The notes below the pieces were generated by a model, which was given only the letters and a program-made list of their open reading frames with translations, made no database searches and was not told where the DNA came from. DNA of 64,000 nucleotides from Podarcis liolepis (Eukaryota): assembly GCA_965112155.1 (NCBI GenBank), contig OZ218103.1; one strand, 5' to 3'. Below, in pieces: positions 24,874-37,648 of the stretch. Each line of letters starts with the position of its first letter. The stretch's first letter is position 1. Both the position numbers and the translations under genes were made by a program.

Positions 24874-25032
24874 CAGAGGTGGAGCTAGCTGCTCTGGCAC
24901 TTGGAGTGCCCCACCTGCTGTGTACTCGGGGGCGGGGCAAGCATCCCAGGGGGATGGGGGGCGGGGGGCGATATCACCCCCCCCTTCAGGGATAACAGCC
25001 GCACCCACCGCACCCCCCTTACTCCACCAGTG
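24874..25032 (+). mobile_element. hAT-type MITE 21 nt downstream of an ELK4 donor site
   Basis: TIR cagaggtggag / ctccaccagtg, 8-bp TSD GATGACTT. Confidence 0.8.
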
Positions 25033-25649
25033 GATGACTTATGTAAAAGAGCCAACAAGATTTGCAAAAATAGAAATATCTCCTCTTCTTATAGGTTCAT
25101 TTAGAAGTTCATCTCAATTCAGATGGTTCTCCATTTGAGAAACAAGCCATGGGCTCCGCTTCTCTGCTCCCTCCTCTTCTGCACACTTTCACTTTCACTT
25201 TGCAGCTTACTGCTGACTTTAGATGCTGTGACAGTGAATCAGAAAACTGTGGTTAACACTTGCACTGCAAAGCAGAATTTTTAAAAAGCATGCTTTTCCA
25301 ATTCTGACTTGGAGGGTGAGTGCTAACAATAGTCCATGTAATCCAGACTTTGTAGTACCCTTAGTTCTGGAAGCCTTCCAGTTTAAGCACAATGGATTGG
25401 AAAATATTCTTTTAATGTGTTCTTTTTAGCTTTGTTCTTTTAATGGAAAATCCTTAATGAAACATGGAACTTGAGCACAGTGGAGACCTTGTGTTAATCC
25501 CGAAGAGTAAGCATAGTTTTGTCATTGAGATAATCCAATGGTAAGATGAGCAAATAATCGTTCGCTTTGAGTGCCGCACCCGATTCCAGGTGAAGGATAC
25601 CGTTTAGTGATTGAATAGGAACACATTGAGTATGTTGTTATGTTGTGTA

Positions 25650-25867
25650 CAGTGGTACCTTGAGTTAAGTACTTAATTCTTTCCGGAGGTCCGTTCTTAA
25701 CCTGAAACTGTTCTTAACCTGAAGCACCACTTTAGCTAATGGGGCCTCCTGCTGCTGCCAAAGCACAATTTCTGTTCTCATCCTGAAGCAAAGTTCTTAA
25801 TCCGAGGTACTATTTCTGGGTTAGCGGAGTATGTAACCTGAAGCATATGTAACCCGATGTACCACTG
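25650..25867 (+). mobile_element. Tc1/mariner MITE, family A
   Basis: Same TIRs and body, TA TSD. Confidence 0.9.
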
Positions 25868-26106
25868 TACATAAGAGTAAATTTTTTTGTTGTAACCGCC
25901 CTGTGATCTTTGGATGAAGGGTAGTGTACAATTTTTCACTATTATTCAAGCCTTTCAGAAAAATTAAGTTACAGCTTGTATCTTTAATTTGTGTGACGCG
26001 GTGTGTACATCAAAATGGCGTAAGTAAATTACTCAGTGCTTGTATATGGATGCTGAGATGAGAGAACCAAGGTTGTGATATGCAGGTTAAGGTATGCGTA
26101 TGAGAG

Positions 26107-26140
<34 letters not shown>

Positions 26141-26678
26141 TTCTCAACGTAATCTACAGCAAACTTTGAAGCTTGAAGTAGCATTTATATATTATGTGCT
26201 GGCAGGAGCTAAGAACAGCTGTCCAAAGCTGCTTTTTAAAAAGGTTTTCCAGTTGATCGGTTAATTGGCAGAATAAAAAAATAACAATCTCACAAGCATT
26301 TTGGAGTAAAAGAATTCAACCCAGGATAGCCTTTTATCTCAGTCATGTACTGTAGTCAAAAGTGGCCCAGTGAAAACGCCCTCTAGTGACAAACTGTTAT
26401 AGTACCAGGTTAGAAAAACGGAGGCATTTGTCGCCACGTCATCTCTGGTGGCTTTGCTCCCCTGGTTTGTTTCTGTAAGATCATTTTGCAGTGTGAGTAG
26501 TGAACTGAAAAGGCAAGTATGAACAGACGAGCTTCTTAGAAATGGTAATGTTAAATTGTTAATTATTCTGCTGAAATGAATAGTCTCAACACACCAGCTA
26601 TCAGTGGAAAAGATAAATGCTACTGCACAGAAAGCCTTTTACACTGGTGCAATCTTGGTATCTGTTTCTGTTTTTCAG

Positions 26679-26777
26679 TTTCCATCGGTGCTGAGTACTC
26701 ATGGACCATTTACGATGTCCGGAATGGACGGCCCCTCCACTCCTGGGCCTTTCTCCCCAGATTTGCAGAAGACATAG
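26679..26777 (+). CDS. ELK4: ELK4 last coding exon
   Basis: FPSVLSTHGPFTMSGMDGPSTPGPFSPDLQKT*; completes the FQFP ERK-docking motif across the junction. Total 434 aa. Confidence 0.96.
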   Translation, partial: FPSVLSTHGPFTMSGMDGPSTPGPFSPDLQKT

Positions 26778-29700
26778 GGTATGGCCTTCTGGAAAAAGGA
26801 CAGGTGGAAATCAAGATAAAGAGGTTTCATCGAAATGATGAAATCTGTTTTTCAATATGGGGTTTGCAATTCCACAGAGACAATATGAACAGGCTTGGGG
26901 TTTTTTTGCTATTCCCAGTTTAAATGCCTTTTCAAAAATTCCTTTCAAGACATAAGGGAATTTTTATGGAAACGCCTTAATTGGAGACTGTTCTCCAAGA
27001 TCACTTTTCTCACCTGGTTCTTCTGATTTAAGAAGGCTTCTCTTGGTAAAGCGATTTTTCTTGAGGGGGGTGGAATGCAATGATTGATTCTGCAGCAGCT
27101 GATACCAGTCACAACTTTCCTTTTTGACTGGTAACCTTTTGCCCCTTTGCTTCTTGTATAACCTATCAAAATATTAATCTCCATTGGAAGCTGGCATTCC
27201 AAGAAATACTTGGAAAATATTTTTTTTTAAGGCTTGCTTTAGGGTTGATAATTTCTCTATTAGTAATGCAGGAATGCTGTACGAAAATATATTATCTCTT
27301 TGTAAGAGGAAACTTTTCAGGAGCATTTTATGGTGATATAGAAGAACTGGGCAAAATTTTAAGGGTGTTGCCTGTAAATAGAGAAGATCTAGTTGTGTAT
27401 CCTTTAGCCAAAATTGTTGATTCATCTCCAGAGAAATGCATAGCACATGGAATGAATGAATCGTTTTGGTCTTTAGAAATATTTGGATGTTTTACGTCTG
27501 ATATTGCTTGGTAGGTTTAAAAAACAAAACCCTGATATTTAAAGAAGCACACCATTTTAACTGCAGATCCTGGCAACTGATGTTTTGTGGCATTGGGGTA
27601 ACCATATATCTGATATGCTGTGTGTGATGTTGTCTTGATGCTTGATAAGGTCGTATGTAGATCTGACATTTGAGCAGTGAATGTTTGCTTGTATTCTATT
27701 ATTTTATTCTCCCCTGTCCCCTTTCAACAAATAAGGTATCCAAAGAACAGTCAGTGCTGCTCTTGGCCCCAATACCTCTGGGTGATCCACTTTTCTTTTT
27801 GGCCACACTCTCACTTGGAGTTAAAGTTTGAGCATGTTGATGCTCCTAAAAGTAGAAATAATGTGTGGTTATTTGAAAGTGTTCCTGTTGATGAGGAGGG
27901 TGTGAGTGGGAAAGGGCAAGGTGGTGTGGGCTGCTTTATAGCCTGAAAGAGCTAAAAGCTGTTTTCAGACTGCACTTAATCTTGCGGCAAGGGAGTGGTT
28001 AAACCATACTTGAACTGTCCTTGGATGTCTCCACTATGAGGATAGTTTAGAGGTAATTTGGTGGTCATGTTATGCTGGCTTCCTGATGTGGCGGTCTGGC
28101 TTATATGACTGGAAATTGAAAGTATGATGGGAACCTGGATAGATGTTTACAACATTAGTTGTTATCTCTCCATAGAAAGAGGTGCATTGAGAGGCATAGT
28201 ATTTCTGCATAAGTGCTACCCTTATCTTCTAGATTTGGGCCAAAGTCCCGAAAGTACCACAAGACCTGTAGCGTCACATAGCTATTTGATGGAAAGGTAA
28301 GATAAATACCAGGAATGGTGTTTGGCAGGGTTTTGCTTTTTTTTTAAATTGGGAAGTGTTGACCAGCTACTTATTAAGGACTAAATGCAATTTCCCACCA
28401 CAATTTTAATGATGACTTTTAGCAGTCTGCAGAAGCAGAGAGCGTGAAAAGCAAGCAACTATTTGAAATGGTACCTCCAGTGCAAGATTAAACCTACTGG
28501 ATTTGAGAGAAGCTTGAAATGCTGTGTTTTGCATCCATCCCATTCTTTAAGATCAGCTGGGGACTTGAGCACAGTCATCCAGGCGCTTCTGCAAAATCTC
28601 TGTTAATTTCAAAATATGTACCTATGTATGAGAGTCCCCTAGGGCTGAGTACCATGCTAAAGAAGAAGACATTAGCTGGTCGTCCCCCCCCACGCCCACT
28701 GAAATAGATAAACTAAATTTCTCCTTCTCCCATAGAGTTTGTGATGCACCATTCACAAGAACAGTCAGAAGTTAATTTCTTGGACTACCCTTCCAAAACC
28801 ACTTCTGGTAAGAGGAAAGGAATGGTGTAATATATCTTAGAACCCAAAGAGACAGCAGAAGGTGTGTTCTTGTCTGTTACTGAAGGTACATTGCTGTCAT
28901 TCATTTTCCAGACGTGATCAGCTAAGTCATTTGAAAGGTCCATGTCTGTTGTGCCTAAATTGAATGTGCAATATTTCCATATATTCTGTTTAATGCAGAC
29001 ATGCAGAAAAATAGCTGCAAAGTAGTAAGTGAGAGGAGGCAACCTGCGTCCCCGAGTTTGCACAGGGGGTTGGTATTCTGCCTCATGGGCTAAAGTAATG
29101 ACAGCACTTTTTAATAGCAGCCAATCTAGGCTGGCTGCTTTTGGCATATGTATTGGGGGGTAGGAGAGAAGTCAGAGCGAGGTTTTGTTTTGCTTTACAT
29201 TTCTTCTTGAGCACTAAAGGAATGCAATCAAACTATTTGTTCTTTTGTCTTCTTTCTCCCATCACCAAAGAAAACAGGCAGGGTATCTTTCGTCAAATAT
29301 TTCTTGTGTGGTATATGGTGCACCTGTGCCGCATGTATATTTAAAAACATGTAAGTGAACCAAAGTTGGGCCATCTTGGTAGCAGTTTTGTTTACCCAGG
29401 TTTCACAATCTAGCCCCACCAGTCTCAAAAAGATGCACTGTTGTAAGCTGGCTTGTTATACTGGGCTGAGGTATACATACACCTATTGCTCGTCTGTTTC
29501 GAGTGATTTGATAGAGCTCCGTGGCTTCATTTTGTGGAGGCTTTGCTTTTCTATTTTGTCTTGACCAGCTCTCTGCTTCAACCTTGACATGGCAGGTTGT
29601 TGGAGGGCTTACAGCGAACAACTGTCTCGTGCTTTTAGCCACTATGCTACAGCACCCTCCCTCCACCCCAGTGCCACCTTTGAAGGGTGGAATTGGTGCA

Positions 29701-32344
29701 GCTCTATTCTGTCAGTGATCCAAGTGCTAGCAGAATTGGGATTTCATGCTGCAAGGTTTCAAAAGAGATAACCAGCTAATATAGATATTTTGTATTTGTG
29801 TTTCAGCCAGTTCCAAGGTTGGACAGGTCTTTTTACTTTCATGCATGTTCTCTTTTAGTTTTTTTTTTGGATGTGTTGAAAACATTTTAATTTACAGAAG
29901 AAGTTTTTCTTATGCTTTCAACTGTGTGCAAACTTAAGTTAGAGTCTGATCTAACTTTAAATGCTGGATGTTATATTTGTGTGTGTGTGTGTATGTATGC
30001 GGAAAAGAAAATAACCAGGTGTGTCACCGAGTTAAGGGAGTTAACTGTTTTTTATTTGGGAGTTATTTGGGAGAGAAGAGCAATCCTGATTTGTATTCTG
30101 CATACTATGTTGGCATGAATTGGTGTCCGATTGCTCTTTACCTCATTCGCTCAGTTTTGGCAGTCTTTGGGGTAGCCTAAATCATTCATTGTATCTGCTA
30201 GAGTTATATCGTTGCCAACTGTTTTATTGCCTTTTGAAGTATCTAATTGCATGTAAGCACTTGTTCACACAGCACATCTTTGTATTGTAGCAAGAGGGCT
30301 GTTGTTTGTTTTTAAAACAGAAAGAGTGATTAAGGGATGCCCAAGAAACTAAATGTTGTTTTTCAAGTTCTAAGTAAGCAGAAAGGACTTCCTTCTCTTA
30401 CTTTGTGTCAGTTCCCCCAAGCACGTGTATTGGATTTCAGCCGCCATTCACAGTCATCCCACCAAGTTTTACAGCAGTTGAGGTTGAAACAGATTGCGAG
30501 AGGGCGCAACGAACCCATTATTATCTTTGATTCTATGCATTGCACGGGCTTGGACTAGAAGACCTTAAATTCTGTGATTCTAAGAAATGCCAGAGAACTT
30601 TAAATTCTCCACGGCTGTTAACGGGAACATAAATAGTATCAGTAAGCCACAAGGGAATGACCTAATCTAGTGCCGCTGAACACAACAGCTCCTAATCTTG
30701 CCAGTGTGTGCAGCCTTTATTTCTTGTGGAGAAAGCATTAGGCTGATGTCTGTGGCCCTGGAGAAAAGTGTGATGTGGTCCTTAAAGGGCTCAAGGGTAG
30801 AGGAGAGTATTTAACACAGTCATTTGTGAAACTGAAATACAATTAATGGGTTGTGGCCTGATTTGGTTACACATCTTCGCCCCCCCCTCCTTCACAGGGA
30901 CTGTAGTGGTTAGACCTATCTTAAAAGATGGATGGATATTATTTGATTACCTTGTATTGTGCGTTGCTTTATTTTGCTTTTCACATGTTGTGTATCATAT
31001 TTGGTAGTTGCTTGGAGATGCTTGGGTAAAGTTACTAATAATCTTAAACAGTGCTAATTCCCAGCTTGCTAAACCATAGCTTAGTGGGTGGAATCGAGCA
31101 GCTTGACTATTTCACTGCTTGCTTCTTGGTTTAATAAAGCGATGTTTAGCTGTTGCATCCCAAATGGGGAACTGAATGTTCACCCCGATCTTAAACCATC
31201 TTCAAGCTCTAGTTTAATATCCTGGCTAGTAAATCAACATTAAACCACAATTCCCCATTTTTGACATAGCAGCTTGTTGTGGCCAGCTACTGAACAGTGG
31301 TTTAAGCAAGCTGCAAACTCAGCATCCAAAATGGGCCAGTATCTGTTTTGATATATATATTAATGCTTTCTTCCCTTTAATTCAGGGCTGGGCAGTGCCA
31401 CAATAGGAATTATGCAGAAATGATCAGGGCTGGCTAACCATTTTGGTCTCAGAGCTTCTCACAGAAGATCAGTGAGTAGCCAAAATCCTGCTGAATCCTG
31501 CTAAAAGGTCTATATAATCCAACATCTTATCTCCCCCTGCATAGCTAAATGGGTACTGCAGAAAGTCCAAAAGCAGGAACTTAGTGTTGCTTCTAACAAC
31601 TGATATTTGGTGACAGATTTTCCCTGAAAGGAGAAGACCCTCCCTCTGTTTCATGAATTGATTCGATCCCCGCTTTAAAGCCATCGGCCATCAGAGCATC
31701 TTGTCACCGTGAGCTCCGTAACGTAAGTGGAGCACTGTATTAATAACTGGAAGCTTTTCTTTTCCCATGTGGGAGTCTCTCTTTGGGAAGCTTTGTGTGA
31801 TCAGAGGAGCAAGTAGTGAGTTGAATGCACAGGTTTTCTAGCTGGTCCTTCTTGAGTGGTGAGGTTTCTTTGGGGAAATGTTTTGAAACTGTGGCTTGGT
31901 GTTGACTTTTGGTCTTGCTGTTCAGTTGCGCCACTTTTAAATGCTCCATACTAGAAGTTTTTTGTTGGTTTTTTATCTACTCTTTCAAACTTGTATAGAA
32001 AAGTCTTGTTCTAAAGTATTTTTAAAATAGTGTTTGTATTTTTTATAGCAGTGTTACCAGATGGCCTTATGTACATCACAGTGTGGGTACAGTAGCATAA
32101 TTCATGCATTCCCCCCCCCCCATATTTGTATTCGTAAATAGTATGCTCATGTGTATCTAAGAATACGCAAAAGGTAGAGGCTTGGGAGCTAATGAGAGAA
32201 GCTAGAACATAGTGCTCTAGCATGAAATACTTGGCAAATGAAAAAAGCCTGAATTAATATTGTGAAGGAGCCGCTGACTTTACATAAATTCCAGGACTCC
32301 AAAATGCTTCAGTGTTCTGTCTTTCTGTCAGGACACTATCTAGT

Positions 32345-33161
32345 CTGTAAACAGACCCCTGTGTCGCAATATAGACAAGTTGAACAATATAACACAACAC
32401 GATGGCCAATAACAATGGCACTAAACACTATTTACAGACTAATACAAATGATCAGAAATTACAACCAAAGTCTCTAAATCTTCTTCACCAGTCACGGTGG
32501 AATAATTCAAAAGTTTGATATATACATAATCTGTCGCCAAATATCAGCGGAACAGAGTTTCCGGATAACCAATCTGTTTTGTTCAATGCTTCATCAGCCA
32601 GACTTGTAAGAATTAATATGAGAAGGATGCAGTTCAATTTCTTAACGAGCCAATCTTACATGTAAGCAAATATAAATGCTGTAGATAATATGCTCTGGAT
32701 CAGTGCTCATATGGTACTGTCTTGGCTGATGAAGCATTGAACGAAACAGATTGGTTATCCGGAAACTCTGTTCCGGTGATATTTGGTGACAGGTTACGTA
32801 TACAGTGGTACCGCAGGTTAAGTACTTAATTCGTTCCAGAGGTCTGTTCTTAACCTGAAACTGTTCTTAACTTGAAGCACCACTTTAGCTAATGGGGCTG
32901 CCGCGCCGCCGGAGCACGATTTCTGTTCCCATCCTGAAGCAAAGTTCTTAACCTGAAGCACTATTTCTGGGTTAGTGGAGTCTGTAACCTGAAGCATATG
33001 TAACCCAAGGTATCACTGTGTATTGAACTTTTGAATTATTCTACTGCGACTGGTGAAGAAGATTTAGAGACTTTGGTTGTAATTTCTGATTATTTGTATT
33101 AGTCTATAAATAGTGTTTAGTGCCATTGTTATTGGCCGTTGTGTTGTGTTATATTGTTCAG
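32345..33161 (+). mobile_element. Penelope-like insertion with long inverted arms
   Basis: 16-bp direct repeat CAGGACACTATCTAGT (32329-32344, 33162-33177); inverted arms 32381-32600 vs 32723-33160; CTGATGA...CGAAAC core. Confidence 0.7.
32803..33018 (+). mobile_element. Tc1/mariner MITE family A nested in the right arm of the inverted repeat
   Basis: Same body as the 16715/20620/25650 copies; absent from the matching left arm. Confidence 0.9.
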
Positions 33162-36100
33162 CAGGACACTATCTAGTGCATTGGTTTTCAGTTGGTGGGT
33201 TGAGAGTCATTACCATGATGGGAGACTTGATCTGAAGCTGGCTGCAGCAGCACCTCTACCACTATACAAATATATGGTAAAAATTAAGGACGGTATCCAT
33301 CGAATTAGTTCTGTTAGTGCCATGGAGCTTCCTCTCCCTTACCTCTCAGAGGACTTGGGGGAACCCCCAAACAGATTTAGGGGGCATCAGAGGAGAAGTT
33401 CTGTAGCACAACTGGAAGTCCTTGCACAAACAATTACTTCATTGGATGCCACCCAAGGGGATCGGTTTCCAAATGCATGTTTGAGGTAATGCTATGTCTG
33501 AAAAGGCTTGAGGACTCCTGGTCCTAGTGCATTTATAGGCACCATTTTGTGGCAGGAGGAGCAAGTTTGGAGGCTCCTGATGAGTTTCAAGTGGTGGCTC
33601 TGGGACATTACTGTTCAGATCTGAGCCTTCCATCTCTTTTTGTTTGAGTTACACCTGTTTTAAGATGGCAGAGCATGTTCCTGCAGTTGTCATTTTACTT
33701 ATAAGCTCATGCACTGTTGATTTCTCCCCCCCCCTTTCTAAATAACTGCTGTTCCTAGAGCAAAGTCTCTGCTTTTGCTCAGTTCTGGCGTCAAAAGTAG
33801 AACTGTCTTGAATCTTCAACTTAAGGGCTCCAATTGGTTATCCCCCAAGCTGATCAATGCAGGGCAGAGCACTGGCAGTGGATTACGCTAGGTCCTCAGG
33901 TTATTGTTACTTACAAGAAGTAACAGAGCAGGTTTACAGAAGGGAAAGGGCTTTCTTATTTTAGCTCCCTTTGGGAATAAAGTCCCCGTTCTTCTCCCAA
34001 GGCCTTTGTGCGTCTGGTTGTAGAGAAAATAAAATTGGCTCTAGCTTCTATCAGGCAAGTACTCATTCTAGTACAGAGGACCTTGGGCTGCATGTGTGTT
34101 CTGCAATATACATGCAGTCTCAAACATGGAAGGGACTGTGTTGGTGCATCTTAGAATGGATTCAATATATGAATCTCCATGTGTGGAAGGTTTGGCTGGC
34201 TAAACAGGATTTATTTGGAAAATAAGTGAATTTAGCTGGGGGAGAGTAGGTTGTTGATGTTTTGTTCCCATTTTTTTTTAAAACTGAAAATCTGTACCAT
34301 TTGATATATATCCAGTATGTTAATGCCATTCTGTAAAATATTGCTGATATGTAATGCAATTGCATAATAGCCAAAGTTCTAAGTATGTTCTCAGTGTTAT
34401 TGTTTTGACTATATAAGCACCTCTGGGTAAGATATGAGGGAGGCCTTCAAAATGTTAATAGGTTGGTTAGAAAAGGAAGAAAAATCTGCCTCTTAAGAAA
34501 CAATTTTATTACAGGAGTATAATTCTCGGTCAAAAGCTAGTCTTAAAAGTCTTCAAGAAACTGTACAGTGATGCCATTTTTGTGGATTAGTTTGCTATTA
34601 AAAGTCGGTATATATTGGCTGTTGCACATCCAAACATAATGAAGGTCTTTGCTGCAAAATCAGGTGACTATTTTCTATTGCTTAGACTTTTGTGCAAAAA
34701 AGGTTTAGGGTAATCTTTTTTTAAAAAAAGTAAAGTTTGGAGGAAGCATTGCTTATTTTGTTTAAGAACTGACAGAGGGATATGTTTTGTATAATAATGC
34801 AAGATGGCTTTAAACAGTGTAGCAAATCATGTTAATATGTGCAACCAGACTTGCAAAATAATTGTATTTTTTTAAATAAATATTTTTTAACAAATGTCAT
34901 TATTTGGAGTGTTACTCTTCTGCAGTGGAAAGAAGTTGTCACTGCAGTTCAGTTATAATAGCCATCTCACGCTGGATTCTTAAAATAGAGGTAGCAGCAG
35001 TGTAATCACCAAGCATTGTCTGAACCATGTAATATATAAATGTAGATGTGCCTCTTCTCTATCAGTAGTGATGGTACCATTCTCAAAGATCTGAATGTAT
35101 TCAAATGATGCCTATTCATTACTAAGTACTGTTCTAGGTTTCTCAGCCACAGCTGTAGCGCTGTAAGCAAAAATAGATTGGTGGCATCGTGGTGCAATTT
35201 GAGAAACCTGCCTTGGAAGAAACAGACTGAACCTCCTACTTTCTTTTTGCTTTCTGGCATTTGAAATATTTGTGGTTTGAAGAACACGAATGGCAAGGAA
35301 ATCAGACTGGAGAAGCAAATTTAGGAAGACCAAGGCTATTTACAAACCATACATTTAAAACACCTCCCCCAAATAATAATGGAAACTGTAGTTTGAGGGG
35401 TAAACCACAGTGCCTAGGATTTTGGGGTGCTTTAAAGGGATGATGTGTATACAGCTGTTCAGTGCCAGTTTACGACAGTTTTCTGCTTGAATTAAATTAC
35501 CCCCCCCCCCAAGATTCCTTTCTCTTAGATCCCAATACCTTAAAGCTTTAACTCATTCAGACTTTCTGCATTCATGTCTCTTGCCTTGCACCCGTGGTGC
35601 ATCTGAAACAGTTCAAGAGAATTTATCAAGGTTCCAGTTTTCTAACTGATATTTCCTGAGCAGGCACATGTGTTGTTTTTGTAGTTATTTTTAGCTATTA
35701 CAGCAATATTTTTTCAAAATTGAGATTAAAACGTATACTTATGTAGTTCATACACCTTTTCAGTTACAGAAGCTATACCTATTTAGTAGAATAATTGTAA
35801 AATTATGCTTGTTTGTCTTTCTCTCTACACTTGAAAGCGACACTAAAGAATTAACTTTCTATAAAGGCTGCTAGCTACTGGGATGAACAGTGATGCTGCA
35901 GTACATGTAAAGTGAATATGCTTGTTAAATAAGTAATGAAGTAGGTATGGATTAATTGCATGTGAGGTGTAACCTCAAAATAAGCCAAATCAGGAATGCA
36001 ACTTTTACTCCAGCTGTTAACACAATGGTTGCTATCAGATGCAACAGCAAAGCATGGTTTGCCATAAACAAGCAGGTGTAATTTTTGCTCAAGCATGTTC

Positions 36101-37583
36101 TTCATGTGCACAATGGAATGAAATTAAAAGTCCCCACTTCTAGTTTATGGCAAATGTTTCACCCACACCTGGTAAACCATGACTTGCTGTAAACCAGCAT
36201 GAGAACTCAATATTCTTGCAATGCTAACATTCTGTTAAAGACAAATTATATTGTTGCTCAGGTTCACATGAGAAATACAACGTTTTGCTTAATCGGATTA
36301 AGGTCTACCTGGTTCTGCCGCCTTGTCCAAGAATCCTAGGGAGCAGTTGCTGTAGGTAGTCCACTGGAAAAGGCTGTGGTCCAACACACATATATAAACT
36401 TAGAGCACAAGATGACACAAGCTCTGTAATCAAGGCGGGTATATTTTAAGGATTGGACAACATGGAAATCAAAGATGAGGGCGCATACCCATGCAACATA
36501 GCAATTGAAGTCAAATGACAACAGAAAAATTCAGTATAATGCACAATTTTGAAATGAGCAGTGCAACAAGCCTCTAGGGGGAAATAGCTCTACTTGAGTG
36601 AGGTTGCTGGGTCCCATCTTAGTTACTCCACGAGTTCATGCGACAAGAGCAATCACATTAAACATTCCTTTATATATACACACACACATGTATATCTATC
36701 TGTGGGACAGAAATTGCAACAAAGCCAGCTCAAGTTTGCTAAAGCTAAGTTTTAAACTATCCCAATACCTTCTCTCTTTAGAACAGTCAAGAACATGGCT
36801 GCCTTCTTAATATTCAGTACCTCTCAAGTTCTGCTTCCGGAAGGCACCTCATTATATTGCACAAATGGAAGAGACTTGATGTTTGGCTTCATGTACTTCA
36901 AAATTTTCATACTTCATGGGTAAAGCTGTCCCATCCACAGAAGTAGCCTACAGCTCTCCTGTTCCTTCTACTGTACTAATTGTGAACCGTCAGTATATTC
37001 TAGTTCTACTGAACTCAACCCACCATTAGTTTCACTGTACCTTTCCCACTGCCCTGGCATTTCCGCCATGTGAAATCCCATCTGGAGACGCACAAAACTT
37101 GAATACTTCAACCTGGGTGATGCAGTATTTTTTAAAAAATAAAATAAAATTCTGGATGCCTGTTGTACAGCATCAGTGAATAGAGTTCATAATGCTGCAG
37201 CAAACGTTTTGCAACTTGATCAAATTAGAAATATCTACAGCTGCCTCTTGGTTTGCAGTGAATGAACTTTAGGAGGCCTCCCGCCACCCCCAAGGTTCTA
37301 AAGTGACAGGAATACACCTTTCACTGCCTGTGTTCCTGAAGGGATATGGGAGGTTACCAGAGGAGTTAAACTTTCACATGTCAAGATTCCAGCCCTTCTA
37401 GTCTTCATTCTTGCTACAGTGATTCTTCTCTAGCGACGGACCGACTGGCTGATGTGAATGAGTTGGAACCGACAAGTCAGAGAATAGAAAATCCAGGTAG
37501 TTTTAAACCAGACGGTAAGAGCAAATCTTTCTTTTGGTTGGTGTGACGGTGTGCTTGATCCAAATACAAACTCACGGCTTCCT

Positions 37584-37648
37584 TTAGCTCTGATAAAGTC
37601 CAGGTTCTTCCATTGATGGTGGCGGCTTGTCCGGTGACAGATCCAGAT
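37584..37648 (-). CDS. MFSD4A: MFSD4A terminal coding exon
   Basis: Acceptor tcttgttttgcag|, phase 1, gives DLDLSPDKPPPSMEEPGLYQS*; the ME-x4-YQ-x-stop pattern matches the recalled mammalian C-terminus. Confidence 0.8.

Larger units (their letters stand above)
26778..34895 (+). other. ELK4: Probable long ELK4 3' UTR ending near AATAAA 34875-34880
   Basis: AT-rich, comparatively repeat-poor stretch ending in ttgtatttttttaAATAAAtattttttaacaa; mammalian ELK4 has a multi-kb UTR. End point is inferred; earlier AATAAA hexamers exist. Confidence 0.5.
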
